From positions 1 to 37,084 of IMG/VR virus record IMGVR_UViG_3300032225_000155: a stretch of DNA of 37,084 nucleotides. One strand, 5' to 3'. The position numbers and the translations under genes are program-made. The first letter of the stretch is position 1. Each line of letters starts with the position of its first letter. Source of the DNA: a virus (Duplodnaviria; Caudoviricetes). Of the stretch, positions 34,735 to 37,084 are shown in pieces. The notes beneath the pieces are model-generated. The model saw nothing but the letters and a program-made list of their open reading frames with translations, did not search any database and was not told the origin of the DNA.

Positions 34735-35002
34735 GAGTTTTTCCTCTAATACAGCAACCATCAGCACGAGCTGAGGCAGACTTAATAGAGCCGCCTTTAG
34801 CTTTTTTCTCCACTGGTAGTTCTGATGCTTCTTTAGCGTTCATAACGTTTTTAACTGCTTTTGGGAGGTTTTCTACTGCGTAATTTTTAACAGCTTTAGC
34901 GCCTTTAACAACGGCCTCACCAATGCGCTTAGGAAGCTCTAAATCTTCTTTGTTTTGCGCTGCATCAATATCTGCTACGATTTGGTCAGGTGATTTTGGC
35001 AT
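34727..35002 (-). CDS. Hypothetical protein with shared C-terminal tag (copy 3)
   Basis: Ends KAKGGSIKSASARADGCCIRGKTRA; starts immediately after the upstream stop. Confidence 0.8.
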   Translation of the reverse strand: MPKSPDQIVADIDAAQNKEDLELPKRIGEAVVKGAKAVKNYAVENLPKAVKNVMNAKEASELPVEKKAKGGSIKSASARADGCCIRGKTRA

Positions 35003-35003
35003 A

Positions 35004-35498
35004 TTAGCACTTTCCGCCCATATTCATTTTAATTTCTCTACCTTTAGTTTTGCCTTTAACAGCGCAGCCATCAGCAGACTTATGCCCAGCAGATAGGCCA
35101 CCACCGGCCATTTTCTTCATAGCCATGCCGCCTTTTTTAAGGGCTAACTTAGTACCTTTGCCGCCTTTGTGTTCTTGGGCATCGTGCTGTTTGAAAGCTT
35201 TTTTAATCATAGCTTTGTCTTGCGCTTTGTCCATTTTCATGTCTTCTTTAGCGTCAGTCATGCCGCCTTTTTTCATATAGCCCATTTTGTTACGCACGGC
35301 TGTAGGTAACTTGGCCAATCCGGGATTCTTTTTTGAGTCTACTGGTTTCATAGTTCCACCTTCTTTAAATTTTCTGCCTTTGTCGGCTTGGTTAAAATCT
35401 TTTCCCACAGATTGTGGAACTCCTACTTTTTTAGCAAATGCAGGATTATGTGCAATTGCTGCCATAAAATTATGTTGTTTTTTAGATACGCTTGGCAT
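35004..35498 (-). CDS. Basic modular protein with six xxGG junctions and tag variant SADGCAVKGKTKG
   Basis: FKEGG, MKKGG, HKGG, LKKGG, MAGGG, MNMGG; Lys/Met-rich; ends in Cys. Confidence 0.8.
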   Translation of the reverse strand: MPSVSKKQHNFMAAIAHNPAFAKKVGVPQSVGKDFNQADKGRKFKEGGTMKPVDSKKNPGLAKLPTAVRNKMGYMKKGGMTDAKEDMKMDKAQDKAMIKKAFKQHDAQEHKGGKGTKLALKKGGMAMKKMAGGGLSAGHKSADGCAVKGKTKGREIKMNMGGKC

Positions 35499-35501
35499 TA
35501 T

Positions 35502-35744
35502 TTATTTCCGAATAAGCTCGTCAATTTTGCTTTCAAGCTTGTTAAACCTTGCGTCCATATGTTCAACAATCCGTTCAACTTCTGCTTTAGTAACGTTATC
35601 ACGGGCAACTTCTTCTCTTGTCTTATTTAACAAAATATCAATGCGTTTTAAGTCATTAAACTTTTCGTGCATCATATAGCCAATTAGGGCTACAAATATA
35701 GTTAACCCACCAGTCCAAAGTTCCATCATATCTAACATTTCCAC
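35502..35744 (-). CDS. Membrane-anchored coiled-coil protein (exact start uncertain)
   Basis: N-terminal TM segment LWTGGLTIFVALIGYMM, LLNKTREEVAR, RFNKLESKID. Confidence 0.75.
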   Translation of the reverse strand: MEMLDMMELWTGGLTIFVALIGYMMHEKFNDLKRIDILLNKTREEVARDNVTKAEVERIVEHMDARFNKLESKIDELIRK

Positions 35745-35992
35745 CTCGCAAGAGAGGCAGCCTTTCTGGTAGGCTTGCCGTTCTCATCTTTCATTGGACC
35801 TTTAACTCCAGACATACGAGCGCAGAATGACTTCTTGCGAGCGCCACCTTCAGGCTGTGGGGCTTTTAAATTAGAACCTGTAGCTGCATTATATTTAGCT
35901 CTGCCCTTGGCAGTCAAGCCGGCACCTTTAGAGGCCGGTAATTTCTCACCGCGGCCTATTGCTAAAGAAGGGGCTTTCTTTTTGGTTGCCAT
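35732..35992 (-). CDS. Small basic phage protein (DUF6321-like)
   Basis: GLTAKGRAKYN..GSNLKAP..RKKSFCARM..SLARWKC; family name recalled from memory. Confidence 0.7.
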   Translation of the reverse strand: MATKKKAPSLAIGRGEKLPASKGAGLTAKGRAKYNAATGSNLKAPQPEGGARKKSFCARMSGVKGPMKDENGKPTRKAASLARWKC

Positions 35993-36747
35993 TATGCAGC
36001 ATCCTTATTAGAGTCTACTGGGCGAATTAGTGGGTATAAAAACTCTTCACCGAATGAACCTTCAAACTCATGTACGCCCATATGACCTAACTTAATTGTA
36101 GGATCAATCCATACTTCAAAGCCCATCTCTCTAGCACGATCACAAAAAAGATAGTCTTCACCAATATATTGACCGTCTTTTAATTCAAAGTCAAAGAAGC
36201 AATATGTTTCATCGCCTTGTTTCTTCTCATCATGGTAAAGCCACTCTGGATGAGCCTCGGCCAGCTTTTCAAATACTTCACGGCGAATCATCATAAAAGC
36301 TGTAGCAACACGTTTAGCTCTAACTAGACCCATCTTGTCCATGAAAATGCTGTCATCATCTGTGTCTAATGTAGAAAAATAGACTTGGCCTTTTTTACGG
36401 GCAACTGGAATACCAGCAACAATACCTTTTACAGGATCCGTGTTCCAAGCCATTAAACGGAAAATATCTTCAGCATTAAAGTTAATATCTGAATCAATGA
36501 ACATTAAGTCCGTGCATTCTGACCTTAAAAAATCAGTTGCAATTAAGTTACGAACACGAGATACAACAGAACATCCAGAAATATTGCAAACCTGAACGTC
36601 AATCCCGTGTCTTGTTGCTTGTAAACAAAACTCAGCTAGCGAAATAGCTAGCTTTGAAGAAACTTTATAGTCGTAGGAAGGAAGGCCAATCATCACCCTC
36701 CGACCTGCTAAATTATATCCAGCTTCTAAGCGTACTTGCTCGGTCAT
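35992..36747 (-). CDS. GT-A fold glycosyltransferase-like protein
   Basis: VMIGLPSY, VSRVRN, LMFIDSDI (DxD), ATAFMMIRREVFE, GEDYLFC..GFEVWIDPTIKLGHMG. Confidence 0.75.
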   Translation of the reverse strand: MTEQVRLEAGYNLAGRRVMIGLPSYDYKVSSKLAISLAEFCLQATRHGIDVQVCNISGCSVVSRVRNLIATDFLRSECTDLMFIDSDINFNAEDIFRLMAWNTDPVKGIVAGIPVARKKGQVYFSTLDTDDDSIFMDKMGLVRAKRVATAFMMIRREVFEKLAEAHPEWLYHDEKKQGDETYCFFDFELKDGQYIGEDYLFCDRAREMGFEVWIDPTIKLGHMGVHEFEGSFGEEFLYPLIRPVDSNKDAA

Positions 36748-36751
36748 TTTT

Positions 36752-37084
36752 TTATCCGTAGTAAATATTTGCTGCGGTTAGGTTGTTTATGTAGCCATAT
36801 ACACCGGTATCTGCTCTTACGCCTTCACCCGGAATTACTGGAGAGTTATTGTATGAGTCTCCAGCGGCTATATCATAAGTCAACAACCATTTTCCAGTTG
36901 AGTAAACAAGCGTTGGTGAGGCACTAATAGTTCCGCTATTAATATCGGTTATAGTAAAAGCATTTGCGTTTGTAACCGTAACTGCATAGTTTCCATTAGT
37001 AGCTGTACCGCCTGTACCTGCAGCAAAGTCAATGCCAATAACTTGTCCAGTTGTCAAACCGTGCGCTGTAGAGCTAATAGTAAC
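36752..37084 (-). CDS. Partial structural protein (starts beyond the right edge) with HGLTTG beta module
   Basis: Frame stays open upstream of the tracked start 37057 to the window end (VTISSTAHGLTTGQVI..); C-terminal IPGEGV..GVY..NIYYG. Confidence 0.75.
   Translation of the reverse strand, partial: VTISSTAHGLTTGQVIGIDFAAGTGGTATNGNYAVTVTNANAFTITDINSGTISASPTLVYSTGKWLLTYDIAAGDSYNNSPVIPGEGVRADTGVYGYINNLTAANIYYG

Larger units (their letters stand above)
32196..34804 (-). repeat. Three copies of a 25-aa C-terminal peptide tag (32196-32273, 34390-34467, 34727-34804)
   Basis: Peptides are near-identical while codons are heavily recoded; 12 of the last 13 sense codons differ between copies 1 and 2. 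Confidence 0.95.

Noticed and set aside
34735-34767. Longer start (MLMVAVLEEKL) for the 34390 ORF given in the ORF track
   Set aside because: It is an alternate-frame read of the upstream tag; GTG at 34734 has a well-spaced SD and mirrors the arrangement at 32203.
32196-35078. Annotating the tagged small proteins as P-loop NTPases
   Set aside because: GxxxxGKT sits at or near the C-terminus with no room for an NTPase fold or a Walker B motif.
332-36927. Numerous plus-strand and nested ORFs in the track (for example 332..793, 12552..13010, 22588..22920, 35287..35679)
   Set aside because: They are antisense or alternate-frame shadows of well-supported genes, with no recognisable motifs.
1-37084. 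Stop-codon reassignment, introns/inteins or programmed frameshifts
   Set aside because: Genes tile densely in the standard code with TAA, TAG and TGA all used as stops; I saw no split genes or intein motifs.
1-37084. tRNA, ncRNA, attachment site or integrase
   Set aside because: Intergenic gaps are 80 nt or less and I recognised no cloverleaf or recombinase; lifestyle and host cannot be determined from this window.

Overview
This window is about 37 kb of a tailed dsDNA phage genome, most likely podovirus-like: it has ejection proteins and a tail-tubular/stabilisation protein, and no tape measure or major tail tube. Every gene is on the minus strand except one rusA-like gene. From left to right: (i) a recombination module (SSB-like, ERF, PD-(D/E)XK nuclease, RusA); (ii) a 2966-aa polyvalent protein with GNAT, L,D-transpeptidase-like, ParB-like, HExxH peptidase and LPD38-like regions, plus two further ejection proteins flanking a GNAT gene; (iii) a tail tubular protein, GH19 endolysin, holin and Ser/Thr-rich fibre proteins; (iv) an embedded cassette of APS-kinase/nucleotidyltransferase fusion, DUF2061, sulfotransferase-TPR-glycosyltransferase fusion and a 14-blade RCC1 protein; (v) head-completion genes mixed with many small Lys-rich proteins and a GT-A glycosyltransferase. 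Two candidate undescribed systems stand out. First, a peptide-tag/processing code: three otherwise unrelated small proteins end in a near-identical 25-aa tail (xxKGGxxKSASxRADGCCIRGKTRA) that is heavily synonymously recoded, and a [YFM]-x-x-G-G motif recurs more than 20 times between modules of putative internal virion proteins. Second, an apparently self-contained PAPS synthesis plus sulfation/glycosylation pathway among the fibre genes. All product calls come from motif recognition by eye, without database searches. I saw no tRNA, CRISPR array, integrase, terminase, portal or major capsid gene.
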